A stretch of DNA of 55,262 nt from Candidatus Parvarchaeota archaeon (GCA_023378865.1 JAMCSP010000013.1:11794-67055); one strand, 5' to 3'; shown: positions 8,662-18,099, counted from the first letter of the stretch. Notes: generated by a model from the letters alone, not told the origin. A program made the numbers and translations.

Positions 8662-9996
8662 TTATAATTTGTAATCCATGTCTTCTTTGAATTTTTCCAA
8701 GTAAAACTGGTTTTCATTGTAATCAGCAAGGAAAAGACAGTTATCCATTGCTTCTTTCAAACAGGAAGTTGCACCCGGAGAGGGGGTTACTGAAAACAGA
8801 GCACCCTCGCCTTCTATTGCAGTTCCTCCCAATGCAAGCTGTTTTTTGTTTGTGTCTATTATCTGTGGCCTTATTCCCCCAACATTCTCAGCAAGCTTAA
8901 GGTCATCAGGTTTAAGCGAAGGCACTATTTTGTTTACTTCATTCTTAGTAAAGGATATTTTGCCAATAAATGGTATGGAGTAAATCAAGTTTTCCTTTAC
9001 AATTTTGGAGATTGTCTTATCAAAAAGTATGTTTTCTAGGCTCTTTGCGGTGTCTTCATTGAAGTTTAGTGAGCGGAAATAATCAGGCATCGAATAAATG
9101 TTTCCCTTTTCAAGTTCGGGGTATATGTTAACTGTCGGCCCGAACCTTGTTATGTTTGGATCTGTAATATCTGGATCTCCATGCACGGCTGCAAAAGGTA
9201 TGCCTTCTCTTTCAACCCTGTAAACCTTCCCATTTAAGACCTTCTTGGAGTAATAGAACTTTCCACCAACAGACAGTATCCCTAAATTCTTTCCATATCC
9301 TAATTTCTTGGCAAAGAAAAGACTGTATGCGCCAGCGGTTACCAATACCGAATCCGAAAGAAATTCGTTTTTATTCGTTTTTATTGTATAACCCTGAGAA
9401 GTTTTCTTTATTTCTTTTACTTCTTCATTGAATTTTGCTTTAAATGAATCTTTTTGGAGGGCTATGTCCATAAAGGATTTAGAAAGGTTATGGTAATCAA
9501 CCATATATCCGTTATCTGTGAAAAGCGCGAGTAAATTTTCATTTTCATCCCTTCCTTTTACTACATTGGGCTCGACCTTTGCTATATCTTCTTTTTTATC
9601 TAGTTTTTTAACATATGGGAATATCTCCTTGAATTCTGAATCGTATCTCTCCCCAAGTTTATCTATTTCGTCATTTCCAACCGCAAGTGTCATTTTTTGG
9701 CATTTCTGTATGACATTTTTTCTTTCGTCTTCACCTAGTTCTTTATTTGCATAACTTACGACTAATTTTGCATTTTCCTTGGTCTCTTTTGTTTTTTCTA
9801 TTGAATAATTCGTTTCTATTTCCCCTGAATGGAGAGTCTGGCTGTTGTTATTGCTGTTTGAGTTAAGCAATGCAACGTCCTTTTCCTTTTCTAGTATAAG
9901 CACGTCCTTAAATTCAGAATATCTGCTAAGCGCGTACATACTCGCTGTTCCAACAACACCTGCACCTACTATAATGATTTCATATTTTTTTGTCAT
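8662..9996 (-). CDS. FAD-dependent oxidoreductase, malate:quinone oxidoreductase-like
   Basis: N-terminal dinucleotide fold 'IIIVGAGVVGTA'. 444 aa. The region 'NSQTLHSGEIETNYS' resembles the Mqo family 'GTGH..lCELNYT'. Confidence 0.6.
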   Translation of the reverse strand: MTKKYEIIIVGAGVVGTASMYALSRYSEFKDVLILEKEKDVALLNSNSNNNSQTLHSGEIETNYSIEKTKETKENAKLVVSYANKELGEDERKNVIQKCQKMTLAVGNDEIDKLGERYDSEFKEIFPYVKKLDKKEDIAKVEPNVVKGRDENENLLALFTDNGYMVDYHNLSKSFMDIALQKDSFKAKFNEEVKEIKKTSQGYTIKTNKNEFLSDSVLVTAGAYSLFFAKKLGYGKNLGILSVGGKFYYSKKVLNGKVYRVEREGIPFAAVHGDPDITDPNITRFGPTVNIYPELEKGNIYSMPDYFRSLNFNEDTAKSLENILFDKTISKIVKENLIYSIPFIGKISFTKNEVNKIVPSLKPDDLKLAENVGGIRPQIIDTNKKQLALGGTAIEGEGALFSVTPSPGATSCLKEAMDNCLFLADYNENQFYLEKFKEDMDYKL

Positions 9997-10127
9997 GCTA
10001 TCTTAACAAATTGCTAAAATTTAATTGTATCATCTTAAAAATAATGGGGAAGTATGATAATTATATTATTATTAACTGTTTTTATCTAAATATTGGACAA
10101 CATCTATTTTTAGAATAAGGGTATAAA

Positions 10128-10880
10128 ATGGATAAAAATAAAAAGAAAGAAATTACAGAGTTTCTGAACCGAAAATACAGTAATATTAACTTAACTAAAC
10201 TTGCAAAGGAAAGGGCTGGAACTTCTGACATCTTTTCTGTAGGGCTTACTAAATATGCCGTAGAATCTGATAAATTGAATATATTTTTAGTAGCTACAAA
10301 TGCGAGAAAAAGAGCGCCAGTATATTTTCCTGTCTCAAATAGCATAAAAAGGTCGTTAGGTATAACATCAATAAAAACTAATGTAAATCTTAATAAGATA
10401 ACAGGATTTTGTAGGGACATCATAACAAAGAAGCAGTATACCTTCAATTTAAACAAGGAAGAGCGATTATTGTTTAAACTTGAAAGTGAAAAGCAATCAG
10501 AATATTCTTTGGAAAAACCAAAGTATAAAGAATATGAACTAAAGATATTAGAGGCAAAAAATTATATAAAAATAATTCTGAACGGAAATAAAACCTCATT
10601 TTATATAACCAAATACGGACAGGGAAGAATAGACGAAATCCTCGGGAAACTATTTGGTTATCCAAAATGTTGCATAGGTGCTTTTACAAAGCGAAATGCG
10701 GGGCTTTCGCACTCTGCAGGAAAAATAAATAAATTCACTTTAAAAAATATCCCAGAATATATGAAATATGGTTTAAATAGCGATTTTTTGCCATATATTG
10801 AATGTAGCTCAAAATGCAAACTGTCTAAAAATTTGGTAAAAAGTGTTCATGAATATTTAGATTTATTGAATGTTGGCTAA
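10128..10880 (+). CDS. Hypothetical protein with C-terminal Cys motif (GYPKCC ... CSSKC)
   Basis: 250 aa. The C-terminus 'LFGYPKCCIGAF...LPYIECSSKCKLS' is reminiscent of the archaeal DUF483-type motif, recalled from memory and not verified. Confidence 0.5.
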   Translation: MDKNKKKEITEFLNRKYSNINLTKLAKERAGTSDIFSVGLTKYAVESDKLNIFLVATNARKRAPVYFPVSNSIKRSLGITSIKTNVNLNKITGFCRDIITKKQYTFNLNKEERLLFKLESEKQSEYSLEKPKYKEYELKILEAKNYIKIILNGNKTSFYITKYGQGRIDEILGKLFGYPKCCIGAFTKRNAGLSHSAGKINKFTLKNIPEYMKYGLNSDFLPYIECSSKCKLSKNLVKSVHEYLDLLNVG

Positions 10881-10881
10881 C

Positions 10882-10952
10882 TGCGGTCAGCGGGATTCGA
10901 ACCCGCGTTCTCAGCTTGGAGGGCTGATGTTCTACCACTATACTATGACCGC
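10882..10952 (-). tRNA. tRNA-Gly (anticodon UCC), with C at position 33
   Basis: The reverse complement folds as acceptor GCGGTCA/TGACCGC, T-arm GCGGG-TTCGAAT-CCCGC, and anticodon arm TCAGC-CCTCCAA-GCTGA. Discriminator is A. CCA is not encoded. Confidence 0.8.
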
Positions 10953-11002
10953 ATTTTAAGAATCTGTCTACAAACAGATAAATATCTTTATTTTATTGCA
11001 TA

Positions 11003-11602
11003 TTAGATTTTTGAGAGGTATTCTGGTACATCATAATTATCATATTCATTTAAAAGCTTTCTTCCGAAAATAAGTCTTGACAGTGCTTCTGCCTCCATTT
11101 TTGCTCCGTTTAATGCATTGTGTGGCTTAGGCTCAGATGGCAAGCCTACATAGTTGAACACATAATCTGAGTTTATGTCAGTTTTTTCGTTTTTCAATGG
11201 GGTTTTTAGCCCTCTGCTTAATACAGAAGCATAAACAAGCGAATGAGTATCCAAGACTCTATACCCAAATGAGAAATGGATATTATATCTCTTAAATGAG
11301 TAATTCAGGAATCTGGCATCAAAGTTCACATTGTGACCACCCATTGTTTTGTCTTCTACTGGCTTCATCCACTCAAGAAATTCGTTCAATACACTCTCCA
11401 GTGTTTTCTTTTTTGGATCAGTTAAGTCTTCTTTTTTGAAACCGTTCACGTTAAGGGCTTCTTCTGTGTATTCCTTGTCTTTTTCGATTTGGCATTCCTG
11501 ATAAAACTGTCTTTCAGGGTTAAAAAAATCAATTGCGCCTATACTCAATATAGAGTTCCTGTACGGATCAGTTCCAGATGTTTCCACGTCTATGACTATC
11601 AT
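11003..11602 (-). CDS. DEDD-family 3'-5' exonuclease (DnaQ-like)
   Basis: Exo I 'VIDVETSG', Exo II 'GHNVNFDARFL', and an Exo III-like 'HNALNGA'. Confidence 0.7.
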   Translation of the reverse strand: MIVIDVETSGTDPYRNSILSIGAIDFFNPERQFYQECQIEKDKEYTEEALNVNGFKKEDLTDPKKKTLESVLNEFLEWMKPVEDKTMGGHNVNFDARFLNYSFKRYNIHFSFGYRVLDTHSLVYASVLSRGLKTPLKNEKTDINSDYVFNYVGLPSEPKPHNALNGAKMEAEALSRLIFGRKLLNEYDNYDVPEYLSKI

Positions 11603-11662
11603 ATTATTTCAATAATATAGATTGCATAAAGCTTAAATACATTGATTTGACATTAAATAGCA

Positions 11663-11890
11663 ATGGTAAAAGCCATTGTACTGGTCAATATTGCTCCTGA
11701 GAAAACGGAAAAGACTTTTGACAGCGTCAAAAAACTTCCAGAGGTTAAGGAAGCTTTCCAAGTTTATGGAGAGTATGATGCAGTTTTCGTTATAAACACA
11801 AAGACAACTCACGACATACAAGAGTTTGTTAGGAAAATAAGGAAAATGAACGGCATAATGCGAACAGTTACAGTTATAGAAATGATATGA
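11663..11890 (+). CDS. Stand-alone Lrp/AsnC RAM-domain protein
   Basis: 75 aa. 'KEAFQVYGEYDAVFVINTKTTHDIQEFV' fits the RAM pattern. No HTH. Overlaps the rpoN start by 4 nt. Confidence 0.6.
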   Translation: MVKAIVLVNIAPEKTEKTFDSVKKLPEVKEAFQVYGEYDAVFVINTKTTHDIQEFVRKIRKMNGIMRTVTVIEMI

Positions 11891-12078
11891 TACCGATGAG
11901 ATGTTACAGTTGCGGAAAACCTTTGTCACAGTACTGGGAGCAGTACAAGAAGGGAATAGCAGAAAAATCCCCTAAGGAAGTTCTTGACGAACTTGGGATA
12001 AAGAGATACTGCTGCAGAGCCGTCTTTCTCGGAACAGTGGATGAAGACAATATAATAAACTTTTCAAACATGGAGTAA
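11887..12078 (+). CDS. rpoN: DNA-directed RNA polymerase subunit N (Rpo10)
   Basis: 'MIPMRCYSCGK...KRYCCR' is the zinc-bundle signature of RpoN/Rpb10. 63 aa. Confidence 0.9.
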   Translation: MIPMRCYSCGKPLSQYWEQYKKGIAEKSPKEVLDELGIKRYCCRAVFLGTVDEDNIINFSNME

Positions 12079-12130
12079 TCCATCGCAGCATAAAATACGT
12101 TTAAATACTACTTACTTTCATTATTTTTAG

Positions 12131-12574
12131 ATGGTTTATAGGGATGGCCTAGAAAATAAGCTGCTTAATACCGTGAATAATCTTACCACCAATAAACGGC
12201 AGTTGCTTAATGAAATATTCGAGCTTAACAGGAACTGCAAAGAAAACCACGAACCGTTTTTTATAGATACTCTAGAAAAATTCGTTTATAATTTGAAAAG
12301 TCTAAACCCGGGAGCAAGCTATAAAATAGAGGAAACCTTGGAAAACCTCGAATTCATCAATAATTTAAAGGAATTAAAGAAAGACTATAACTTCGGGAAT
12401 CTTCCTGAAAGGGGAGAGGAAGAAAGCATAACGGAATTATATAAAGTTATTGCAGATAACTGCGAAAGATTAAACTATAAACAACTTAGCATTGCTGCGG
12501 GCCTAGTACATTACCTGAGCACTTCTAATAACTGGGAAAAAATTAATTATCTTCACTTACTAGCTTATCACTGA
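12131..12574 (+). CDS. Hypothetical protein
   Basis: 147 aa ORF with no competing ORF and no recognisable motif. Confidence 0.5.
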   Translation: MVYRDGLENKLLNTVNNLTTNKRQLLNEIFELNRNCKENHEPFFIDTLEKFVYNLKSLNPGASYKIEETLENLEFINNLKELKKDYNFGNLPERGEEESITELYKVIADNCERLNYKQLSIAAGLVHYLSTSNNWEKINYLHLLAYH

Positions 12575-12664
12575 CATTTCAATGCATGTTTCCTGTAAAA
12601 ATTACAATAAAATCGATAAGTTTTCTGTAATATTTATATATAAGTTTAATCCTAGTCTTTAAAG

Positions 12665-13234
12665 ATGGCTGTGACAACATATAACGAAAAATTTAATTAT
12701 TTGGTCTTTGTAATAACAGAAAAAGCAAAGAAGCTTGACAGCATAACAAAAGTACCTGTTGAGCAGGTCTCTACGGATTCTGAGTCATTTGAAATGTACG
12801 GGATGCTTCCCGATTTTGAAAATATTTACAGAAAAGATTATATTGACTCGCTTTTCCTGCTTAGAAATATTGTAGGAAAGGATATTCTGGTGTCTGATTT
12901 GAAGAAGCTGGCAGAATCAAAGAAAAGTGGAACTCTGCAATCTTATCTAGAAGAGATATTGGAGGAGAATGGAAACTGCGCGGTACAAAACAAGCACAAC
13001 TGTTCAATAGATTACTTTTTGCCTGCAAGAAATGAAATAAACAAATTTTACATTTCCAATGAAAGAATTACCTTCTTTTCCGGCCCAAGTTTTTATTTTG
13101 AAAAAAGCTCCGGCAAATTCTACGATTATTCAAATATAAATGAAAAGGAAGCAAAGTTAGGTGAGCTGATATTAAAGAATATCTCTCAAGGAGAACTGCA
13201 ACTTAAGCTTAAAAATCACTATAATGAGGAATAG
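12665..13234 (+). CDS. Hypothetical protein
   Basis: 189 aa ORF with no recognisable motif. Confidence 0.5.
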   Translation: MAVTTYNEKFNYLVFVITEKAKKLDSITKVPVEQVSTDSESFEMYGMLPDFENIYRKDYIDSLFLLRNIVGKDILVSDLKKLAESKKSGTLQSYLEEILEENGNCAVQNKHNCSIDYFLPARNEINKFYISNERITFFSGPSFYFEKSSGKFYDYSNINEKEAKLGELILKNISQGELQLKLKNHYNEE

Positions 13235-13275
13235 AATAAATTATTATATAAGAATAAATATCCTTTACGTTGTAT

Positions 13276-13350
13276 GGGGCGGTGATCTAACTTGGTTATG
13301 ATGCCAGACTTGGGCTCTGGATGTTCCGGGTTCAAATCCCGGCTGCCCCA
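13276..13350 (+). tRNA. tRNA-Pro (anticodon UGG)
   Basis: Acceptor GGGGCGG/CTGCCCC, anticodon arm CCAGA-CTTGGGC-TCTGG, T-arm CCGGG-TTCAAAT-CCCGG, discriminator A. Confidence 0.9.
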
Positions 13351-13682
13351 TATTTTAGTAGGAGTATAATAATTATCTACAAATGAAATTAACAATTTGT
13401 GTATATATCCATTGGCTCTGTTGTGTATCCTTCAGTAAACGGTAAATTTTCCAGCCGGTCCAGTCTTATACGAACGTAATGCTCTTTTGATTTTGTGGGA
13501 GCATGGAAGAAGCGTATCTACAACCTTCTAATTTTGGAGGAATTTTAGAAAAAAGCGTCTTTGAATCATCTAACATATTATAACGGTTTTTGATTCTTCT
13601 GTCATTTAATATTTATGAAAGCTACCCCGTTAAAACTTATGTTTTTAATATTCAATTAAAAATAGCTACCGACCCATTTGTT

Positions 13683-14441
13683 TTAAACAAAGACTCCTGG
13701 TAATGCAATAGGCAATGTCATTACACCTATAGACGCTATAAGAAGGCCGATGTTTACTTTGCTCAATATCTTTGGTCCATCGAACTCATAAAGTTCTCCC
13801 TGCAAAAGAAAGAAGAGTACAATAATGTACCCTATCGAAAGAACATAGATTTCTATTGAAGGCACTAAAACCAAGCTTATTGCTGTCAATACCCCTAACC
13901 CAATATATATCATTCCGACACCGTACAATTTCCATTTGTGCGTAAGATAAACACCAATGATGGAAACTATCCCAAAAATTAAACCGATAAAAAGTAGTGT
14001 AAGTATGTTTGAGAAATTACTGTAATTATTGGCAGGTGCCAGACTAGACATACTGTAACCTATAAGAAGTGCAATTCCATTCAGTCCAAAGTAAAGAATT
14101 GCGGCACTAGTTCCTCCAATGTATTTTATAACAACGAAAAGTATAACCAAACCGATTAAAGTAGAAATTATAGGTATAGGTATTATAAATGCACCCAGAG
14201 AGCCGATGAGAACAGGCAAATCAGCAAATAGATCTGCAAATACGAATATATTAAGTGCTATGTTGGGGTAAAAATTTAAAAGGATCATAAGAATCACTAC
14301 TAACACAAGAATGCTGGCCAATGCAATGTAAGCAATGTATGCTATCCAAAATGAAAGTGTTAAAGAATGTTTCTTTTTGGATTGTGAAGGTTTTATAAGG
14401 GAACTGTAGCTTACTTTCGCAGGCTCTGGTTCCTCTTCCAC
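13683..14441 (-). CDS. Polytopic membrane protein, unknown function
   Basis: 252 aa. Acidic/basic N-terminal tail followed by about 7 hydrophobic segments. Confidence 0.55.
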   Translation of the reverse strand: MEEEPEPAKVSYSSLIKPSQSKKKHSLTLSFWIAYIAYIALASILVLVVILMILLNFYPNIALNIFVFADLFADLPVLIGSLGAFIIPIPIISTLIGLVILFVVIKYIGGTSAAILYFGLNGIALLIGYSMSSLAPANNYSNFSNILTLLFIGLIFGIVSIIGVYLTHKWKLYGVGMIYIGLGVLTAISLVLVPSIEIYVLSIGYIIVLFFLLQGELYEFDGPKILSKVNIGLLIASIGVMTLPIALPGVFV

Positions 14442-14620
14442 ATAATATTACCTTTTTTCTGATTTTTAAATGTAATAGCACCTTACCTTTTGCTAGTTTA
14501 ATGGAAAACACGGCCATTGGGCAGAGCAGCGAAAAGGCAATTCTTTAAAGATAAAATATGCCCTGTAAAGTACCTAAAGTATTTGATTATTATTTATAGT
14601 TTATTTGGGTATATACAAAT

Positions 14621-15340
14621 ATGAATGAATTGCATGCTTACAGAAAATTGTCAAAATACTACGACCTGATATACCTTTTCAAAGACTATAAGAAGGAATC
14701 AGAAGAAATCTCAAAATTGATTTTAAAATATAAGAGAAACGAAGCCAGATCTCTGTTAGATGTGGGATGTGGAACGGGCCTGCACATAAAATACCTTAAG
14801 GCAAAGTATGCGTGTACGGGGCTTGATTTAAACGAGGAAATGCTGAAAATCGCAAGAAGAAACGTAAAAGGAGTTCGGTTCCTGCAGGGAAACATGCTGT
14901 CTTTGAATATAAAACAGAAATTTGACGTGATAACCTGCTTGTTCAGTGCGATAGGCTATGCAAAGACGGCAGAACAGCTAAGAAAGACTTTATCTGGATT
15001 CTATAAGCATTTGAATCCCGGTGGGATATGCATAATAGATGCATGGTTTGACAAGGCACATTGGAGGGTAGGCTCCGTGCATCTGCATAGTTATAATGGG
15101 AATGACATTAAAATAGCTAGGGTTGGCTACTCTGCTATAAAAGGGGATCTGTCAATTTTAGACGAACATTACCTTATAGCAGAAAAGGACAAAGGAGTTA
15201 TGTATATTCCAGATAAAAGTGAGCTCAGGCTTACGGAAAGGGAAGAGTTCCTGAGGCTGATGAAAGACGCAGGTTTCAAACCTATTTTATTGAAGGAAGC
15301 CATAATGGGAAGAGACAGGTATATAGGAATAAAAGAATGA
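14621..15340 (+). CDS. Class I SAM-dependent methyltransferase (TylM1/DesVI-like architecture)
   Basis: 'YYDLIY..KDYKKESEEISKLI....SLLDVGCGTGLH' and 'FDVITCLFSAIGY' parallel the N-terminal organisation of the sugar N,N-dimethyltransferases TylM1 and DesVI. Substrate is unknown. Confidence 0.75.
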   Translation: MNELHAYRKLSKYYDLIYLFKDYKKESEEISKLILKYKRNEARSLLDVGCGTGLHIKYLKAKYACTGLDLNEEMLKIARRNVKGVRFLQGNMLSLNIKQKFDVITCLFSAIGYAKTAEQLRKTLSGFYKHLNPGGICIIDAWFDKAHWRVGSVHLHSYNGNDIKIARVGYSAIKGDLSILDEHYLIAEKDKGVMYIPDKSELRLTEREEFLRLMKDAGFKPILLKEAIMGRDRYIGIKE

Positions 15341-15412
15341 CATTTGTTTTGTTATTTTTATTAATGGAATATTGATTTAAAGTATTTATTACATAGTTTC
15401 ACTATCAATAAA

Positions 15413-15883
15413 ATGGTGATTTACAGGAACCTTAACGAAATAATATCCGATTTTAAGAATAAGAAAACATTCTATTTGGCACATCCAACGGTGGCCCGTA
15501 ATGAGATAAGGGAATGGGAACTCAATGTAGAGAAAAAATATAACATAAACTTGCTTAATCCTTTTTTAGATAATTACATAAATGACTCAACAGAATTAAA
15601 GGAAGGAGATATTTACGCACAGAACTTGGATTACAAGTCTATAGTAGAAGAGGATTTAAAGGCTATAGACAGGTGTGATGGCATTCTGGCAGTACTGACG
15701 GAAAATAGCATGGGCACGGCAATGGAGCTTTTTTACAATTCAGTTTATCTGTCCAAGCCCACTTATATGATAATAGAAGACGATAAGCTAATGCATCATC
15801 CTTGGATAAAATACATTGCTTCTTATCCGCCATTTAAAAGCAAGGAAGAATTCACAAAAGAAGTCTTAGAAAAAATGTATTAA
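15413..15883 (+). CDS. Nucleoside 2-deoxyribosyltransferase-like protein
   Basis: 'FYLAHP' near the N-terminus and 'DGILAVLTENSMGTAMELFY' resemble the NDT-fold motifs (FYLAGP ... D.GT..E.G). Confidence 0.45.
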   Translation: MVIYRNLNEIISDFKNKKTFYLAHPTVARNEIREWELNVEKKYNINLLNPFLDNYINDSTELKEGDIYAQNLDYKSIVEEDLKAIDRCDGILAVLTENSMGTAMELFYNSVYLSKPTYMIIEDDKLMHHPWIKYIASYPPFKSKEEFTKEVLEKMY

Positions 15884-15909
15884 AAAAATAAAACAAAAAT
15901 ATAATGTAT

Positions 15910-16098
15910 TTAGAAGATTCCTTTCTTCTCCTTTATTGCAGCCTGTACTTTTTGCATTACGTCTGGAGGAATTGGGTCCATACCATGTTTTTCTTTAGCG
16001 TGCTTTGCTATCAATGGCAGGAGTTCTTCCTTCGTTTTTGCCTTGGTCTTAAAGCCGCAATCCAATCCTATATCCTTACATGCGAATGTGTATGCCAT
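15910..16098 (-). CDS. DUF1059-family small protein
   Basis: 'MAYTFACKDIGLDCGF...EELL..I..HAKE.HGM' is the characteristic DUF1059 N-terminus. Preferred over the overlapping plus-strand ORF 15904-16140. Confidence 0.7.
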   Translation of the reverse strand: MAYTFACKDIGLDCGFKTKAKTKEELLPLIAKHAKEKHGMDPIPPDVMQKVQAAIKEKKGIF

Positions 16099-16197
16099 AA
16101 CACCACCTCAATTCTTTATTGGATTTTAAGGGATAAATAGCTTGTTTTATATTTTTATTGCTACTTAGTAGAGAGTCTAGATCGGAAGATCGTCGTG

Positions 16198-16205
16198 TTT
16201 AAATA
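16198..16205 (+). promoter_or_regulatory. Candidate TATA box (TTTAAATA) for the GT2 gene
   Basis: Its 3' end lies 26 nt upstream of the ATG at 16232, consistent with an archaeal leaderless or short-leader promoter. Confidence 0.4.
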
Positions 16206-16231
16206 AGCATGTTATTAAAAATGTTTATAAT

Positions 16232-16978
16232 ATGAAAGGACGGCCAAAGATCTCAGTAATCATACCTGTTTACAACGAAGAAAGCTATGTGTCTGATTTA
16301 ATTAAGTCAATAAAGCAGCAGACCTACGAAGATTACGAGATAATAGCGGCAGATTCCTCCACTGACAACACCCCAAAAATACTAAGAAAATTCGGCGCAA
16401 AGATAGTAAGAATACCGAAAACAAACGTTTCGGCTGCCAGAAACGCGGGAATTAGAAAAGCAAGAGGGGAAATTCTTGCGCTGATAGATGCAGACTATAT
16501 ACTGCAAAAGGGCCTTTTTGAATCTGTTGTAAAGTATCTGGACAACCCTAAAAATAAAGGAGTGGTATGCATAGAACCGAGGCCAAAATTGAATCTGAAG
16601 GACCTTAGAAAACGGGACATAATAAAATTTAAGCTGCTCAACGAACTAATTTATCTTTATAAGAGAACAAGCTTCTTTACGTGGGTGCCTGCTGCTTACG
16701 GCTGCGATTTTTGCAGGTCAGATGCAGTAAAAAAGTCGGGGCTCTTTAATGAAGAAATAGACGTTGCAGAAGACAAGGAGTTCTTTTCAAGGCTCAGAAG
16801 GCAGGGCAAGTTCAAAATGATAAAAGATCACGTAAGAATGTCATACAGAAGGCATTCTAAGGAAGGGGCAATAAAGACCGGTTTGCTTTACTTTTTCGCC
16901 GCTGTTTCCGCGCTTTTTACAAAAAGGTTCAAGTTCAAATTTAAATCTATAAGAAGAAAAAGCAAAGGCAAGAATTAA
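16232..16978 (+). CDS. Family 2 glycosyltransferase
   Basis: 'ISVIIPVYNEE' N-terminus and a DxD-like 'LIDADY'. Confidence 0.85.
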   Translation: MKGRPKISVIIPVYNEESYVSDLIKSIKQQTYEDYEIIAADSSTDNTPKILRKFGAKIVRIPKTNVSAARNAGIRKARGEILALIDADYILQKGLFESVVKYLDNPKNKGVVCIEPRPKLNLKDLRKRDIIKFKLLNELIYLYKRTSFFTWVPAAYGCDFCRSDAVKKSGLFNEEIDVAEDKEFFSRLRRQGKFKMIKDHVRMSYRRHSKEGAIKTGLLYFFAAVSALFTKRFKFKFKSIRRKSKGKN

Positions 16979-18099
16979 TAACGTTTTTTACCGTACTTCA
17001 ATGCAATGTCCCTCAGTGCAAACGCACTTGGTTTTATTATCCTTCTTTTTGTTAAATTGTCGAAACCGACTATCCCAAAGTTCTTATTGTAGCCAAAGTT
17101 CCATTCAAAATTATCCAGAAAAGACCAATGTAAGTAACCCATTACAGGGACACCTCTTCTTTTTGCAGACATTAGCTCTGAAAAATGTTCGTTAATGAAT
17201 TTTATCCTGTATTTGTCATCCAAAGTATCCACTCCGTTTTCTGTTATCATAACTGGTTTTTTGAAAAGTTTGTATTCCCTCTCAGCTATTTTCGCTATTC
17301 CTTTAGGGTCTACAAACCAGATCTTTTTTCTGCTTTTGTTTATTTTAGACGATAAAAACCGCATGGCATCAATCGTTTTGTAGTAGTTTATACCTATGAA
17401 ATCAAATCTGGTCTGAATCAACGGCCGTTGATTGAATAGGTAATCAAGGAATTTTGCCACAGGGTAGAATATGGCATCGCTTTTAAATTCCATGAAATTG
17501 TTTGCAAATGAAACAGTATAACCGTTGGCTTTCAAAATGTCATACACTTGATTATGCAGTAAAAGTATGTTGTTCAATACCTTGTTAAACATAATGTAAG
17601 ACCTTCTAAAAGGAGGGTATTCCCGGGAAAGATAGGCCTTTGAAGCGTATATTACTGGTTCGTTTATTGTTAATATATATTTAACATCCAAGTCATTTTT
17701 GAGCAGAGAATCGACGTACTTTATGAAGTATGTAAAGTTTTCCCTTCTTTCAAATCCATGTATATTGTAAAGCCAGAGCGGCAGGGTATAATGCCAAAGT
17801 GTAGGTATGGGTTCTATTCCGGCATTTTTTAATTCCTTTATGACTGATTTATAATGTTTTATTGCAGCCATGTTTATTATCCCCGGAGAAGGCATAACTC
17901 TTGAAAAGTTTATTTCAAACCTGTATGCGTTTAAATGCAGGCTTTTCATTATCTGTATATCTCTCTTTAGATACTTGTATTGCATGCATCCGCTTCCAGA
18001 TTTGTATGGAAGCCTTCCGTTCATTTCAAAATGCCACCAATCCGTGTTCTTATCGTTTCCTTCTACTTGGTGTGCAGAACTTGATGTGCCAATGAGCAT
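16975..18099 (-). CDS. Glycoside hydrolase family 1 (beta-glycosidase), compact form
   Basis: 'SSAHQVEG', acid/base 'TINEP', nucleophile 'ITENG', and 'HWSFLDNFEW'. 374 aa, shorter than typical GH1. No signal peptide. Confidence 0.85.
   Translation of the reverse strand: MLIGTSSSAHQVEGNDKNTDWWHFEMNGRLPYKSGSGCMQYKYLKRDIQIMKSLHLNAYRFEINFSRVMPSPGIINMAAIKHYKSVIKELKNAGIEPIPTLWHYTLPLWLYNIHGFERRENFTYFIKYVDSLLKNDLDVKYILTINEPVIYASKAYLSREYPPFRRSYIMFNKVLNNILLLHNQVYDILKANGYTVSFANNFMEFKSDAIFYPVAKFLDYLFNQRPLIQTRFDFIGINYYKTIDAMRFLSSKINKSRKKIWFVDPKGIAKIAEREYKLFKKPVMITENGVDTLDDKYRIKFINEHFSELMSAKRRGVPVMGYLHWSFLDNFEWNFGYNKNFGIVGFDNLTKRRIIKPSAFALRDIALKYGKKRY

Noticed and set aside
10882-10952. Reading the tRNA anticodon as CCA (Trp) by raw position count
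   Set aside because: This needs an anticodon stem CAGCC/CTGAG with mismatches. The 7-nt D-loop lacks position 17, which shifts the numbering by one. The well-paired stem TCAGC/GCTGA gives UCC (Gly), which also agrees with the acceptor identity elements.
15904-16140. 78-aa plus-strand ORF overlapping the DUF1059 gene
   Set aside because: The minus-strand product has the characteristic DUF1059 sequence (MAYTFACKDIGLDCGF...). The plus-strand product is Cys/Phe/Leu-rich and looks like a non-coding translation.
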